From an uncultured bacterium (GTDB lineage Bacteria; JAGOEH01), in contig CAZWDO010000003.1 in assembly GCA_964632485.1 (NCBI GenBank), forward strand, positions 62,001-120,679: 58,679 nt of DNA, read 5' to 3'. Position 1 is the stretch's first letter. The number at the start of each line of letters is the position of its first letter. A program made the translations under genes and the position numbers. Below, one piece after another: positions 38,317-50,000 of this stretch. The notes under the pieces are model-generated. The model was not told the DNA's origin. It searched no databases and saw nothing but the letters and a program-made list of their open reading frames with translations.

Positions 38317-38537
38317 CAAAAAACCAATCATGAACTTATCTTATAATATTCTTAGTGTTTTTTGTGCTTTGATACCGAACGGATAAGTCAGCCAATCAGG
38401 TTTTCTAAAAAAGGAGCGACGATCGATTGAATATGAATATTGGTATGTTTTGCCATCATCCCCAGCTAATGCATCTTGTTATGTTAATTAGTTTAAAATT
38501 AAGTTATATATTATTACAAGCAATAAGTTCAGCAGGC

Positions 38538-40463
38538 ATGCTCCGTCAACTAAAAAATTTTGTGGGTCTTCTTATGCTTTTAACCTTGACAACGGCAGCG
38601 AACCCTGTTTTCAAGCTGTCTGCTGATTACTATCCTCCTTCTTCGTCTTATAGGAATCCATTGAATATTGATCCGCGGCTCCGGTTAATTGGAGGTAGCT
38701 GCTTTGACGGAATGGCCTCATTGTTGGTGGAAGTCCCAGCAGCGACTGAATATGATTATTTTGATATTTATCGGGCATTATTTCCCGCTGGTCCTTATGA
38801 ACGAATTGGAAATACTCAGGGCGCTTATTACCCCCCAACCAGTTTCCTGGACCATTCTGTGGAAAATGACCGGATTTATTACTACAAGGCTGGTTTGGTC
38901 AACGAAAACCAAACCCTGGACACATCTGATTATACAGTCGTGATTCCTTCAAAAATTCATCATTTGTTGCCGTCTCCATTATCAGGATTTTCTCCAGTCA
39001 TTGATGGGCGGCTCGATAGCGCCGAATGGCATGACGCCCAACAATTAGTGATTACTAATCATATGGGCGTCAATGGATTTATGCCGGATTCCCAGGTTTA
39101 CCTATATTTAAAAAACGACAACAATTTTCTTTATATGGGCATTGAGGATTTCAATGATGATTTATCACTATGGTCCGAAATTGGTATCTATCTGGATTAT
39201 AATCATGATAAATCCTGGCCTGTGGATAGTGGCGGCCATGAAGGCAATTTTTATCTGAAATATAATCGAGGTCGCGCTAAAGTTTCTTTCCGACCCTTGT
39301 TCGGGCAATTGCCCAATGTATATTCCGCTTCAATTGATACATTAGTGGAAGGAATTGAGTTCGCGGCATCGGCGCCCAAGGGGCATGCTCATTGGGAGGT
39401 TAAGGTTTCGCTGAATGATGGATATTTTATTGCTAAAGAAGGTGATACGTTGGGTATCAGGCTGTATGTACTGGAAAAAAACAGTAATCTCAATGCCTGC
39501 TTCCCCGCTGCGGCAATTTGGATTGATCCTCGCACCTATGGTGATTTGATAGTCAGCTCACCATTTAATGCCATCCCAGCTCCGGCATTTGCCCCCTATC
39601 CGCATCATAGCTCAATTATTTATCATGATTCGGTAAAATTGGCGTGGAGCGGTTTCGATAGGCAGGGCGATCAATTATATTATGATCTGTTATGGGGAGA
39701 AACTTCGCCTCCCAACCAGTTATTGAGTCATCTGCAAACCGATTCATCATTTTCAATAGCAGGTTTGGTGTATGATCGCTTTTATTATTGGCAGATTAAT
39801 AGTTATGATCAGCAATACATTACTCCTGGACCTATATGGCAATTTCGCGTTGAGCAAGAGCCGAATACGGCTCCGAGCGCGGCGTGGGGGCCGGACCCGT
39901 CCGACGGCGCGACGGAAGTATCTCCGGGGTCGGGTTTGAGCTGGCGGTCGAGCGCGGATATTGACGGGGACCGAGTGTACTACGATTTATATCTGGGAGC
40001 GGTCGAGCTGCCGTCCGTCGCGACGGTAAGGGATTGGGGGGATACTCTGTGGACGCCGCCGTCGGCGTTATCGTGGTCAACTCTCTATCGGTGGCGAGTG
40101 GTGAGCCGGGACGGACGGGGTGGCGAGATGGCGAGCGACATTTGGAGTTTTACAATCCGTGATACTATCAGGGATCCAGTTGAAGAGGATTCTGAATGTT
40201 TCGCGCACCCCATTCCTTTTACTCCAAATGATGATGGTATCAATGATCGCGTGTTTTTTAAATATCCAGCCGACAGAAATGGCGCTTCTGTTAAGATTTT
40301 TATATTCGATATGTTTAATCACAAAATCAAAGAAATTAAACAAGCGGATTTTTGGGACGGCCGGGACGATAATGGTAAAAAAATGAATAGCAATCCCTAT
40401 TATTATCTTTTGGAATTGGATGGAAAAATTGTATGCAAAGGTTTAATCTATATAGCGCGGTAA
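38538..40463 (+). CDS. Secreted protein with Fn3, CBM9/DOMON-like sugar-binding-like domain, two Fn3-like modules and a type-B (CHU_C-like) T9SS CTD
   Basis: Signal peptide from ATG 38538, PVIDGRLDSAEW..A and C-terminal PIPFTPNDDGIND...IFD....WDG......PYYY. Confidence 0.8.
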   Translation: MLRQLKNFVGLLMLLTLTTAANPVFKLSADYYPPSSSYRNPLNIDPRLRLIGGSCFDGMASLLVEVPAATEYDYFDIYRALFPAGPYERIGNTQGAYYPPTSFLDHSVENDRIYYYKAGLVNENQTLDTSDYTVVIPSKIHHLLPSPLSGFSPVIDGRLDSAEWHDAQQLVITNHMGVNGFMPDSQVYLYLKNDNNFLYMGIEDFNDDLSLWSEIGIYLDYNHDKSWPVDSGGHEGNFYLKYNRGRAKVSFRPLFGQLPNVYSASIDTLVEGIEFAASAPKGHAHWEVKVSLNDGYFIAKEGDTLGIRLYVLEKNSNLNACFPAAAIWIDPRTYGDLIVSSPFNAIPAPAFAPYPHHSSIIYHDSVKLAWSGFDRQGDQLYYDLLWGETSPPNQLLSHLQTDSSFSIAGLVYDRFYYWQINSYDQQYITPGPIWQFRVEQEPNTAPSAAWGPDPSDGATEVSPGSGLSWRSSADIDGDRVYYDLYLGAVELPSVATVRDWGDTLWTPPSALSWSTLYRWRVVSRDGRGGEMASDIWSFTIRDTIRDPVEEDSECFAHPIPFTPNDDGINDRVFFKYPADRNGASVKIFIFDMFNHKIKEIKQADFWDGRDDNGKKMNSNPYYYLLELDGKIVCKGLIYIAR

Positions 40464-42670
40464 TCATTTCATTTCTGTTTTCGATATTGGCCGTTCAGGC
40501 CCAATTGTCTCCTGATTTAGGCATAGCTTCCAAGGTCAACAATAACGGTCCCTACTACAATCCCGCGTTGATTCCAATGTTTGAGGGCACATATATCAAT
40601 TTGCAATATATGTCTTACAATTTAGGTTTTATCAATTCCGGAATTAATAGCGGGCATCTCCTAATTTTCCATTCACGAGCAGGTTTAGGTTTCAGCTTGC
40701 ATTATCGCAGCTTTTCAACTTCAGTGCTGAATAAGTCCGTCTATTCCTTCGCGCTTTCCAGACAGGTGTTGTCCAGGCTGAGTCTTTTTTTGAAACCCAA
40801 TTATTATTATAACGCTTTTCAAAAACAAAATTTTGTTTATAGCGAAGGCGATAACCCCAATGACCCAGTTTTTTTCAACGGTTATGCAACCAGTAGTTTT
40901 GGGTTGGATTTCGGTTGCTATTCTCAACTTGGTCCGCGGCTGGGTTTGGGTATCAGCGCCTGTAATCTAATCAAAGGTAGTACAGGTTTTATTGATAAAT
41001 CAGGTTCATTCGAGGATGGTTATTTGTTGACAGGCGCGGAATTGCATATAGGATATGGCATTGATGCCTGGCTTGATAGCCGTTATTATATTCAAACCGA
41101 CCAGCGAAGTTTTTTATCTTTCGGCGGCGGGTTGCGTAAATCCCTGTATGAAGGCCAATTTTATTTACAGTCCGGTTTTTTCTCCGAGCAAATTGCCTTG
41201 GGAGGTGGCGCTTTTTTTTCTATCGGTATTCCTGTTCGATTTGATTATAGTTATACCTGTTCAATCAATGAATTGGGGCGCGAAACTGCTGGAACCCATG
41301 GTCTGGCAATATCATTTCAACTGGGTAGTGAAAAACTGCTATCGACTTCCAGTGAACATGATCGGGAAGTATTTGCCAAGCCCGAGCGAGTAATACTGGA
41401 ATATAAAGGTGAGCCGTTGAGGTTCACCAGGGTCGCTTGTCGAGAAGCATGGCGCTTGCTTCCAACTTGCGTGTATTACATTAATGACCAGATAATACCC
41501 GATTCGAAACGTTACCGTCAATTCAATTCTTCTGAGTTTTCCCGTTTTCAGTTGAGCGATATATCAACATTGGATATGGCAACGGAACTTTCTGAGTTGA
41601 ATATTCTGAATCTGTGGGGAAGTCAATTGGCAAATCATCCCGAAACTGAGTTGACAATTAGCAGTTATTATTTAGAATATCCGCGGGTTATTGTCAATGC
41701 CAGCGGCCCTGACGATTCGGTTGCGGTCAATACCAGCGACAGTGTTATGCTTATCGATCCCATCTCGATTTATAGTAACTCGACTCGCGAGAATCCGCGC
41801 ACAAAAGCTGGCCGCGAACAGCTTACTAAACGGCTTGAATGGTTACGGCGCTATTGGAGTCAAACCTGCGGGATCGACATTTCTCGAATAAAAACTGAGT
41901 TATTGTCCATCTCGGCGCAAAATATATCCCAGGCGCGTCGGCTTACCGAACGTGTTACTATCCAATCTCAAAAGCCGCGTTGGAATTGGCTGAATATTTC
42001 CACGGGGGATACCAGCGCCCGCATTGATCAATCCTTGATATTCAGTTTTTCCCATCTGGATTCCCTGGGGCGGCAAATATCTCATGAAAAATTGAAAGGC
42101 TTGGACTGGGAATTAATACCCATATTGGAAACTGGCGACACCTTGCCGGGGACATTTTACCTCGATTCGCTTCCCGGTTACTGTATTTTCACTCCGGATA
42201 GCGGCTATGCACTGGATTTGGAAAACGGATCCACTATATCCGCGCAATTAATAACGCGATTTAAAGATGGCGCCTTGTCCAGCAACATAGTACCAGTCGT
42301 TTGGGACTTATCCCGTATAACCGAAACTCTTACTATACTCAGTCTAAGCGGCGGTCTTGAGCGGGACCCGAATGATGATCTCGAACAAATTTGTCGTTCA
42401 ATCATTGCCTATTTGAATACTCTTCAACCTTTTACATTATCACAGATATCCTTGGATGGCATTTACAGCGTCAATGCCGAACGCGACAGGGTTGAAGATG
42501 CTCTGAAACATATACAGGGTTGTTTGGAATCTCAAGGGATTGCAACCTCGGCCTATCGCTTGCATACGTTTATCGATTATGGGCATGACAGATCGGGAAG
42601 TCGGCAGATAGTTGCGGCGCCTTCCTCCGGGTGGGTGATCGAATTGCAATTAAAACGCATCAAGCCCTGA
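40433..42670 (+). CDS. PorP/SprF-like beta-barrel fused to a large C-terminal region (partly OmpA-like)
   Basis: YNPA near the N-terminus and RFDYSY...LG...GTHGLAISFQLG at the barrel end; directly follows a type-B CTD gene. Confidence 0.7.
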   Translation: MQRFNLYSAVIISFLFSILAVQAQLSPDLGIASKVNNNGPYYNPALIPMFEGTYINLQYMSYNLGFINSGINSGHLLIFHSRAGLGFSLHYRSFSTSVLNKSVYSFALSRQVLSRLSLFLKPNYYYNAFQKQNFVYSEGDNPNDPVFFNGYATSSFGLDFGCYSQLGPRLGLGISACNLIKGSTGFIDKSGSFEDGYLLTGAELHIGYGIDAWLDSRYYIQTDQRSFLSFGGGLRKSLYEGQFYLQSGFFSEQIALGGGAFFSIGIPVRFDYSYTCSINELGRETAGTHGLAISFQLGSEKLLSTSSEHDREVFAKPERVILEYKGEPLRFTRVACREAWRLLPTCVYYINDQIIPDSKRYRQFNSSEFSRFQLSDISTLDMATELSELNILNLWGSQLANHPETELTISSYYLEYPRVIVNASGPDDSVAVNTSDSVMLIDPISIYSNSTRENPRTKAGREQLTKRLEWLRRYWSQTCGIDISRIKTELLSISAQNISQARRLTERVTIQSQKPRWNWLNISTGDTSARIDQSLIFSFSHLDSLGRQISHEKLKGLDWELIPILETGDTLPGTFYLDSLPGYCIFTPDSGYALDLENGSTISAQLITRFKDGALSSNIVPVVWDLSRITETLTILSLSGGLERDPNDDLEQICRSIIAYLNTLQPFTLSQISLDGIYSVNAERDRVEDALKHIQGCLESQGIATSAYRLHTFIDYGHDRSGSRQIVAAPSSGWVIELQLKRIKP

Positions 42671-43265
42671 TAGTGATATCCGACACTTCATTCTGATGAA
42701 TCTGTATTGAAGCCTGGCGCCCGCTGATCAGTTCTCAAAGTTGGCCCCTGAACCAATACATTAATTTTTGTGAGTTCCAGCTATTTGAACTAACTAAAAA
42801 AATCTCTTGCATTTGGGGAAAAGATTTCTTATAATAATTAAACCTGAAGTATTCGTTTATAGATGAACATGATTTTAGCCGATATCCGAACTGAATATTT
42901 TTATCAATGATTTCGGAAATTGGAAGCAATATTTGAAGTGGCGGTTCAATGTTTGGCGTGGAAAAATTGGAATGTCCAAGGCTTTTCAGAATAAAATGGA
43001 TTGAGATTCAAAGATTGAAGTTTATGGATATTGATAGTAAGATTATACAGATTAATGACATATTTTATGAAACAGGCCATAAAAAAAACAAATTAGATTG
43101 GTTCTACCGCTCACGAGCTATGTAGGTTGTATCGGTTTAAAGGTTTGCGGGTTCAAGTATGATTTTGAGATGACATTGGGAAAGCATCGCTGCCGGCCAT
43201 GAATGGACGAAATTTTTTAAAGGAATTTTATTTGTAAATTTTAGTTAAAGTTATTGGAGGAGTGA

Positions 43266-45266
43266 ATGGTACAAGTGGACATCTTTCCTTTGCCCGCTAT
43301 CAGAATTATTAGGGAGAATGGGCAGTATGTACTGGATGATTATAATCGACTGATGGAAGAGTTGACTCGGGGGCGGATTGGAAAATTTTCAAAGCGCCCG
43401 ATTGAGGATATCTATGGAAATATACCCGAAATCGCCCATCACTTCAAACAATTGAATACTAATAATCGACAGATTGATTTTACCCTCTATTACTGCAATC
43501 GCGATATGGCCATCCATGATTGGGTTCGCTTTCACATGCGCTTTATCAAAGATGATTGTGTGGTCATTTTTCTCGAGATCATAACTGATTCAGTAAATAA
43601 TAATATTGAACTTCGAAGCCGTCAGAATTATTTCGAGGCAATTCAGGATACCCAAACTGAATATGTTTGCTATTATCTTCCCGATGGAACAATTACTTAT
43701 GCTAATCCGGCTTTTTGTGGATTTGTCAACCGTTCGTTGACGAATATTGTAGGTGAAAGCATTTTTTTAATTTTAGCCGAAGATCAAGTTGAGAAAGCCG
43801 ATAGTTTCAAGAACGCCGTAAATCGCATGGATACCTATAATGTCAGCATACATGAATTCAAGACTACCAACCATGCCGTACATTATGTACGATGGACCGA
43901 TCGCAAGATTTTTGAACTGGAAGGGTTGGTGGTTGTTTATAAAGGTATTGGGATTGATGTGACATTGGAATATGAAATGGCATTGGAACTGGAAGTTAAA
44001 AACCGCAAGCTGGAAGCCATCAACCATTATAACAATCTTCTGATCGATGTGTCTGGACGTTTTTTAGAAGCACATGAATTTCCATTTTTGCTGGATGAGG
44101 TATGCAGACGCGTGATAGTTGAAGTTGACATCGATTATATAGTCCTTTACAATTATCAACCTGCCGAGAAGCAGTTTCTGCGTTTGGATTTCTGGTCGGC
44201 TAATCAAAATCAAGATTATTTCCCACCATACCGATTGGAAGGTGTTGATGAGAATGCTGGTCGCTGGGTAGACAGTGTTCGAAACGATAATTATAGCCGA
44301 GCAATGTCAGCTAGTAATGCGAACAGTAGTTTTTCCAATTATTTCAGGGATTTTGAAATAGTTTCCAGTCCGGTATTCTTCCAGGGTAATTCTTCAGTAT
44401 TTTTTCTGTTTTTACGCGCTAAGCCTAAAATTTGGACTGAAGAAGAAATTTCCATGATCGCCACTTTGGCCAATATCGTATCATCGGCTTGGAATCGTCA
44501 TAATGCAACCGTTTTACTGATCGAGACCCAAAAAAAACAGATGGAAAGCGTCAAATTACTAGATGAATCAAACCGCCTTTCTTCAATAGGTATCATCACA
44601 GCCGGCATTACGCATGAAATTAACCAACCATTGAACAATATCCGTTTGGCCGCTGAAAACCTGATTTTCATGCTCAACCAGAAATCGGATGAGTTGGAGA
44701 ATTATTTGCCCGAAAAACTGCATCGCATTATTCACAATATGGGGCGGATTGATCAAATTATTCGACATCTGCGTTCATTTATAGTTGATGAGCATAGTCA
44801 AAGCCAGCGTATAGATTTAAATCAGTCCGTATTAGACGCCGTGCAACTTGTCGAAAAGCAACTGGTGATTCATTATGTTACCAAGACCCTGGTACTTGAA
44901 CAGTCCTTTCCCCTTATCATTAAAGCCAATCCGATCAATATCGAACAGATTGTCATCAATCTGGTCAATAATGCATTGCAAGCGCTGAACAAATCTAATA
45001 CCCTGGTACGACGGATTGCGATCGTCACTCGTATCGAAAAACAACAGGCGATATTGGAAATCGCCGATAACGGTGGTGGAATCTTACCCAAGCTGAGTGA
45101 AAAAATCTTTAAACCATTTTTTTCCACCAATTCAAAAAATAAGAATATGGGGTTGGGACTGGCGATCGTCAAACAGTATGTGGACAGATATGACGGAATG
45201 ATTTCAATTCATAACAATGATCAAGGTGGCGCCACTTTTACCATACGTTTTCCATTGGCAAAATAA
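43266..45266 (+). CDS. PAS/GAF sensor histidine kinase (NtrB-like)
   Basis: GITHEINQPL H-box, NLVNNA, DNGGG and FFST....MGLGL. Confidence 0.92.
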   Translation: MVQVDIFPLPAIRIIRENGQYVLDDYNRLMEELTRGRIGKFSKRPIEDIYGNIPEIAHHFKQLNTNNRQIDFTLYYCNRDMAIHDWVRFHMRFIKDDCVVIFLEIITDSVNNNIELRSRQNYFEAIQDTQTEYVCYYLPDGTITYANPAFCGFVNRSLTNIVGESIFLILAEDQVEKADSFKNAVNRMDTYNVSIHEFKTTNHAVHYVRWTDRKIFELEGLVVVYKGIGIDVTLEYEMALELEVKNRKLEAINHYNNLLIDVSGRFLEAHEFPFLLDEVCRRVIVEVDIDYIVLYNYQPAEKQFLRLDFWSANQNQDYFPPYRLEGVDENAGRWVDSVRNDNYSRAMSASNANSSFSNYFRDFEIVSSPVFFQGNSSVFFLFLRAKPKIWTEEEISMIATLANIVSSAWNRHNATVLLIETQKKQMESVKLLDESNRLSSIGIITAGITHEINQPLNNIRLAAENLIFMLNQKSDELENYLPEKLHRIIHNMGRIDQIIRHLRSFIVDEHSQSQRIDLNQSVLDAVQLVEKQLVIHYVTKTLVLEQSFPLIIKANPINIEQIVINLVNNALQALNKSNTLVRRIAIVTRIEKQQAILEIADNGGGILPKLSEKIFKPFFSTNSKNKNMGLGLAIVKQYVDRYDGMISIHNNDQGGATFTIRFPLAK

Positions 45267-45288
45267 TTTTATTTAATTTGGGAGGAAT

Positions 45289-46770
45289 ATGAAGATATTG
45301 ATTGTCGAAGATGAGTACGAAAGCCGACGTGAACTGATACAGTTTATAGTTAATCATACTGGCCATGAGGTTTCCGAAGCCGGTAACGGAGTTGAAGCTT
45401 TACAACTTCTTAAGCAACAATCCTTCCAAATGATGTTGACTGATATTCGCATGCCGGAAATGAATGGCTTGCAGTTGCTGGAAACGATTCAGCGTAATCC
45501 ATTGGGATCGGATATGGATATTGTCATGATGACCAGCTATGCGGACATTGATACTTCGATTAAATCAATGCGGCTTGGGGCTCGGGATTACCTGATCAAG
45601 CCTATAAGTCTCAGTGAATTGGAAGTTTTAATTTATCAGGTGGCCGAACGGCATAGCCTTTTGACCGAAAATCGTGAACTAAAACAGCATTTGGATGAAA
45701 AAGTTGAAGAAGTGATCGGCGAAACCCGACAGCGTTATAAGGAACTTCAACGCGCCTATGCGGAAGTAGTAGGAATTGGGCAGATTGTTGTCCAAAGTCG
45801 GCGGATGCGGGATATCATTCAACAAGTGGAACAATATCACACGGATCGCGCGATTCCGGTGCTGATCGAGGGCGAGACAGGGACCGGTAAGGAAATTATC
45901 GCCCGTTTGATCCATTATGGTAAAGAATGTGTTTCCACTCCTTTTATTAGTCTGAATTGTTCAGCTATCGCTCCTACTCTTTTTGAAAGTGAATTGTTCG
46001 GCTATGAGGGAGGCGCCTTCACCGGATCTTCCCAAAAAGGGCAGAGAGGCAAATTGGAATTGGCGGAACGAGGAACGGTTTTTTTGGATGAAATCGGTGA
46101 ATTGCCTTTGGAGATGCAACCCAAATTACTGCGTGTGCTTCAAGAAAAAGAATTCTATCGGGTCGGAGGGCTTAAACAGATCAAGTTGAATGTTAGATTG
46201 ATCTTCGCCACTAATCAGAACCTGCCTGAATTGGTAAGAAGCCATAAATTCCGCAAGGATTTGTTCTATCGTTTGAATGTCGGCCGCATAATCCTCCCGC
46301 CTCTCCGGGAACGGAAGGAAGAAATCGTGCCCATGGCCCACCTCTTTCTTCATGAATTTACTACGCAAAAAAAACGACAGTTCATCGATTTCACGCCCGA
46401 GGCCGAACAGATGTTGGAGCGCTATAACTGGCCCGGTAATGTCCGCGAATTAAGACACGCCATTGAGCGCGTTGTTGTTCTTCACAATCGTCCCAAGGTG
46501 CAAGCCGATGACCTGCAATTCATTCTCGAAAATGATATTTTCCTGCCCCAGGAAAACCCAAGCGCCCCTCTTGCGGATACTGATAAACCTCCAATGAAAA
46601 TCGACCTTTCCCGCAATATCGATATCAAATTGCCGGAAGACGAATTGAATTTGGATCTGCTTGAAAAATTCATTGTCGCTAAAACCCTGGATAAATTTAA
46701 TGGAAACAAGACGAAAGCTGCGGAATATCTGGGACTAACCCGCAGCGCTTTGCGCAGTCGTATGGAGTGA
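45289..46770 (+). CDS. Sigma-54-dependent response regulator (NtrC/AtoC family: REC, AAA+, Fis HTH)
   Basis: DIRMP, GETGTGKE, ESELFG..GAFTGS, FLDEIGE, DLFYRL, WPGNVREL and NKTKAAEYLG. Confidence 0.95.
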   Translation: MKILIVEDEYESRRELIQFIVNHTGHEVSEAGNGVEALQLLKQQSFQMMLTDIRMPEMNGLQLLETIQRNPLGSDMDIVMMTSYADIDTSIKSMRLGARDYLIKPISLSELEVLIYQVAERHSLLTENRELKQHLDEKVEEVIGETRQRYKELQRAYAEVVGIGQIVVQSRRMRDIIQQVEQYHTDRAIPVLIEGETGTGKEIIARLIHYGKECVSTPFISLNCSAIAPTLFESELFGYEGGAFTGSSQKGQRGKLELAERGTVFLDEIGELPLEMQPKLLRVLQEKEFYRVGGLKQIKLNVRLIFATNQNLPELVRSHKFRKDLFYRLNVGRIILPPLRERKEEIVPMAHLFLHEFTTQKKRQFIDFTPEAEQMLERYNWPGNVRELRHAIERVVVLHNRPKVQADDLQFILENDIFLPQENPSAPLADTDKPPMKIDLSRNIDIKLPEDELNLDLLEKFIVAKTLDKFNGNKTKAAEYLGLTRSALRSRME

Positions 46771-46780
46771 TACGGTTTTA

Positions 46781-46800
46781 TTTCGCACAAATGCGCGAAA
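46781..46800. promoter_or_regulatory. Candidate enhancer (UAS) for a sigma-54 activator
   Basis: Near-perfect inverted repeat TTTCGCAC-AAAT-GCGCGAAA, ~100 nt upstream of a sigma-54 promoter. Confidence 0.5.
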
Positions 46801-46893
46801 ATGAACGCTCTATTTAGATCAATCTTAGCTACCCCTTCTTTATACATTTTTATAACTAATTGAATCATAACTGATTAATTATAGTACTTAATG

Positions 46894-46911
46894 TTGGCAC
46901 AAATACTGCTA
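46894..46911 (+). promoter_or_regulatory. Sigma-54 (-24/-12) promoter
   Basis: TTGGCACAAATACTGCTA (GG-N10-GC), upstream of the 1763-aa gene. Confidence 0.8.
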
Positions 46912-47053
46912 ATAATATATCAATTGTTTTGTATAAATAAACAGTTATTGGGTTGTCATTGAACCCACAAAGAAAGGAGCGACTAAAGGAGAATGTGGAT
47001 TTGGATTTTCTGTTCGTTAAGGCACGTAAAAAAATCAAAAGGAGTGTATTGCA

Positions 47054-50000
47054 ATGAGGTTTTTTAACAAAACGTTTCTTGTGTCAGTATTCAGCATTTT
47101 GGCTATCGTGTTCAGTTCCGCGATTGCCGAATTAGTAGTGCATGATGTGGATTTGGGACAAATCACCCTACAGCGTAATGGCCAGACTTTCTCCGCAAAA
47201 TCCGGAGCCAAAGGTCAGCCCCTGGCCGCTCAGATGGTCGATGAAGCCTGGGTGGACGATGACTTCGGCCCATTTACGCCGGGTTGGGACACAACCCACT
47301 TCGCTTCTATTCAGACTGCCATCGACAGCCTTAACCCTGGTGGCATCATCCATATAGCCGCCGGCGCCTATTATGAAGATATCAATATCAGAAAACCTTT
47401 GCAACTAAATGGTCCCAATCTGGGCGTCGATCCCAATACCGGTGTTCGTGGGCCGGAAGCCATCATCTTTCCAGCAACCTGCGAGCCTGATCCCTGGGGA
47501 GCAACGGCGCGCTCGATTGTTTATATTGAGGTGTCGGGTGTCACCATTAACGGATTGAGCTTCAATGGCGACAATCCCACTTTAACTAGCGCGTTTGATT
47601 ATAATGGAGCCAATATTGATGCCAGTGAGGGCATCGCCTCCTATGAAAGCGTGAGCAATATCGCAATAACTCACAACATTATCCAGAATATCACCTATTC
47701 CGCAATTGATCTTTATAATTATGAAAATGGCTCGCCGGCCACTTCCAATAATCTGATCGCGCAGAATCTCTTTGAGAAAATCAGCGGTTATTGGTATGGC
47801 ACACCGCCGGCGCTGAATTTTGGTATCGGCATTTTAATCTACAACAATTTTTATGCCGATATCTTGGATAATTACTTTTTTGACGTACGTGTCGGAATCC
47901 AGACTGGTAATTATTCGAAAGCCAATCCAACTCCTGGATTGTCCAACAATATTGCCAACAACCATATCGAATCGATCCGCCGTGGCATTTTCTACAATCT
48001 TCACTATTCCAATGCCACGCCTTTTACTGTGGCGAACAATACTATTACTTCGGCTCCCGGCGCGACTGAAAACTGGGGTATTATGATCAGCTCCCAGCAG
48101 GGCGGGGTATCGGCGGTTTTTCTGAACAATAGTATCACAAACACGTATATCGGTATCAATTGTTGGAATGATCCGACCTCAAACAACATCACGATTCAGG
48201 GCGGCTTCATCACGGGCTGCGAATATGGTATGCGCATTGATAATTTTGATGGTTATAAATCCAACGGCAATTCGACAAATGCCATATTGAACGGAGTTAC
48301 TGTTTCCAACTCGGGCGTCGCGGCTCTCTGGGTCAAGGACAATCCATCAAACGACATCGGCGCGACTGTTTCCGGGGGGATCCTGGCTGGAACTATTTTT
48401 ACGAATAACCCCATCGACGTGCTGATCGATGGAATTGACGCTTCCGCAACCTCTCAAATTAACGGTCTAAAATGGCAGTTCGTCAATCTGGAAGTTACCA
48501 ATCCAATCCAGACGGCGATCAATCGTCTAAGCGCCGGAGATGTATTGCTAATTCCGGCCGGAACATATAACGAGAATATCGATGTCAATAAACAGTTAAC
48601 CATCATAGGCGCGGGTAGCAGCAGTGACCCGACTGTTAGCACTATTCTCACCCAGACATCGGCCGGTGCCGGAGATTCAAAAATCGGCGTGATCCAGCTT
48701 ACCGCTTCCGGAACTCCCGGGGCGTTTGTGGGGATCAAGAATCTGCGTGTGCTGCCAGTGAATCTGGCCGGTATCAGTGTCGGCCGCTTCTGTGAATCGA
48801 CGGGCGCGAGCATTGAGTATGTAGAGTTGCGCAATGTCCATGTGATCGGCTCCTATCATACCGAACCCTGCGGAGAACAGGAACGCGGATTGTATGTCGA
48901 TCTTACGTCGAGCCTGTCCCATTTATTGCTTGATCAGTGCGCATTCAATGGGCTGGATTATGGCTGGTATATACAAAAAGCCGTTAGCGCGGACCCCAGC
49001 ACGGTCTCTGATGTGCGCGTCTCCAATACTGAGTTTAGGGATAATATTGCTAAGGGGTTTTATGCTGAGAAGCTCGATAATGCTCAGTTTATCGGCTGCA
49101 ATGTAGTTAACAACGGCGATGCGACCTGGGGAAATACCTGTACCTATTTCAAACCTTGGTTGTGTGGGATCGATATCAATTTGAAGGCCGGAGCCTATCA
49201 GAATCTGGTGTTCGATAACTGCGTATTCAGCGGCAACGGTATCGGTGAAGCCAAGGAAGGTTGCGGTTTGGCAATCAAGGCGCGAGATGACGGAGCAACG
49301 TATGGCGTGTTTCCGGCATCTTTGAGTAATGTGACAATCCAAAACTGCCTTTTTGATGGAAACGAACGCGGCATTCGCTTTGGCGAGCCCGGCAAGAATA
49401 ATCAGGGACCGGTCAATGTGGTGGTTAGCCAAACACGGATTATGAACAACGCCCAGAGTTATAGCGGAACGGATGGATCAGCCTATGGTGGCCTGATCAA
49501 CCACACTCAGTCGCTGGTCAATGGTCAGTCAAATTATTGGGGTGGTAGCCTGACCAATAGTACGGGTCCGGAGGGCGATGGCGACGATGCTTTCGGCAAT
49601 TTGGCCTTCGAACCCTATTATATCGATTATGCCATGACGACGCTGAGCGAAGGCGGGCAGACCTGTCTGGGACATTTTTGTTATGTTCCGAGCGGCGCTT
49701 CCGCCAATATTCTCCTCTGGAACGACCTGACCGTGGATGGGATTCTGCTGGAAACGGGCGACGAGATTGGTGTCTTTAGCAGCGATCCCGCGAATCCGGA
49801 CGGCGTTTTCTGCGTGGGCGCGGTAATATGGAACGGCGCTAATACCCAGATTACCGTATATGGCCGGGTCAATGAATACGGCATCATTGAAAAAGGTTTG
49901 CTTGCGGGCGAACAAATGGCCTTTCGGGTATGGAAACAGGCAACCAATGCTGAATTCAACTCGGTCAATTCCACTTATAATCCAAATCCGCCCTATACTA

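Noticed and set aside
42671-43265. Short ORFs in the intergenic region (42735-42929 minus; ~58 codons from 42949 plus)
   Set aside because: No convincing RBS or recognisable motif.
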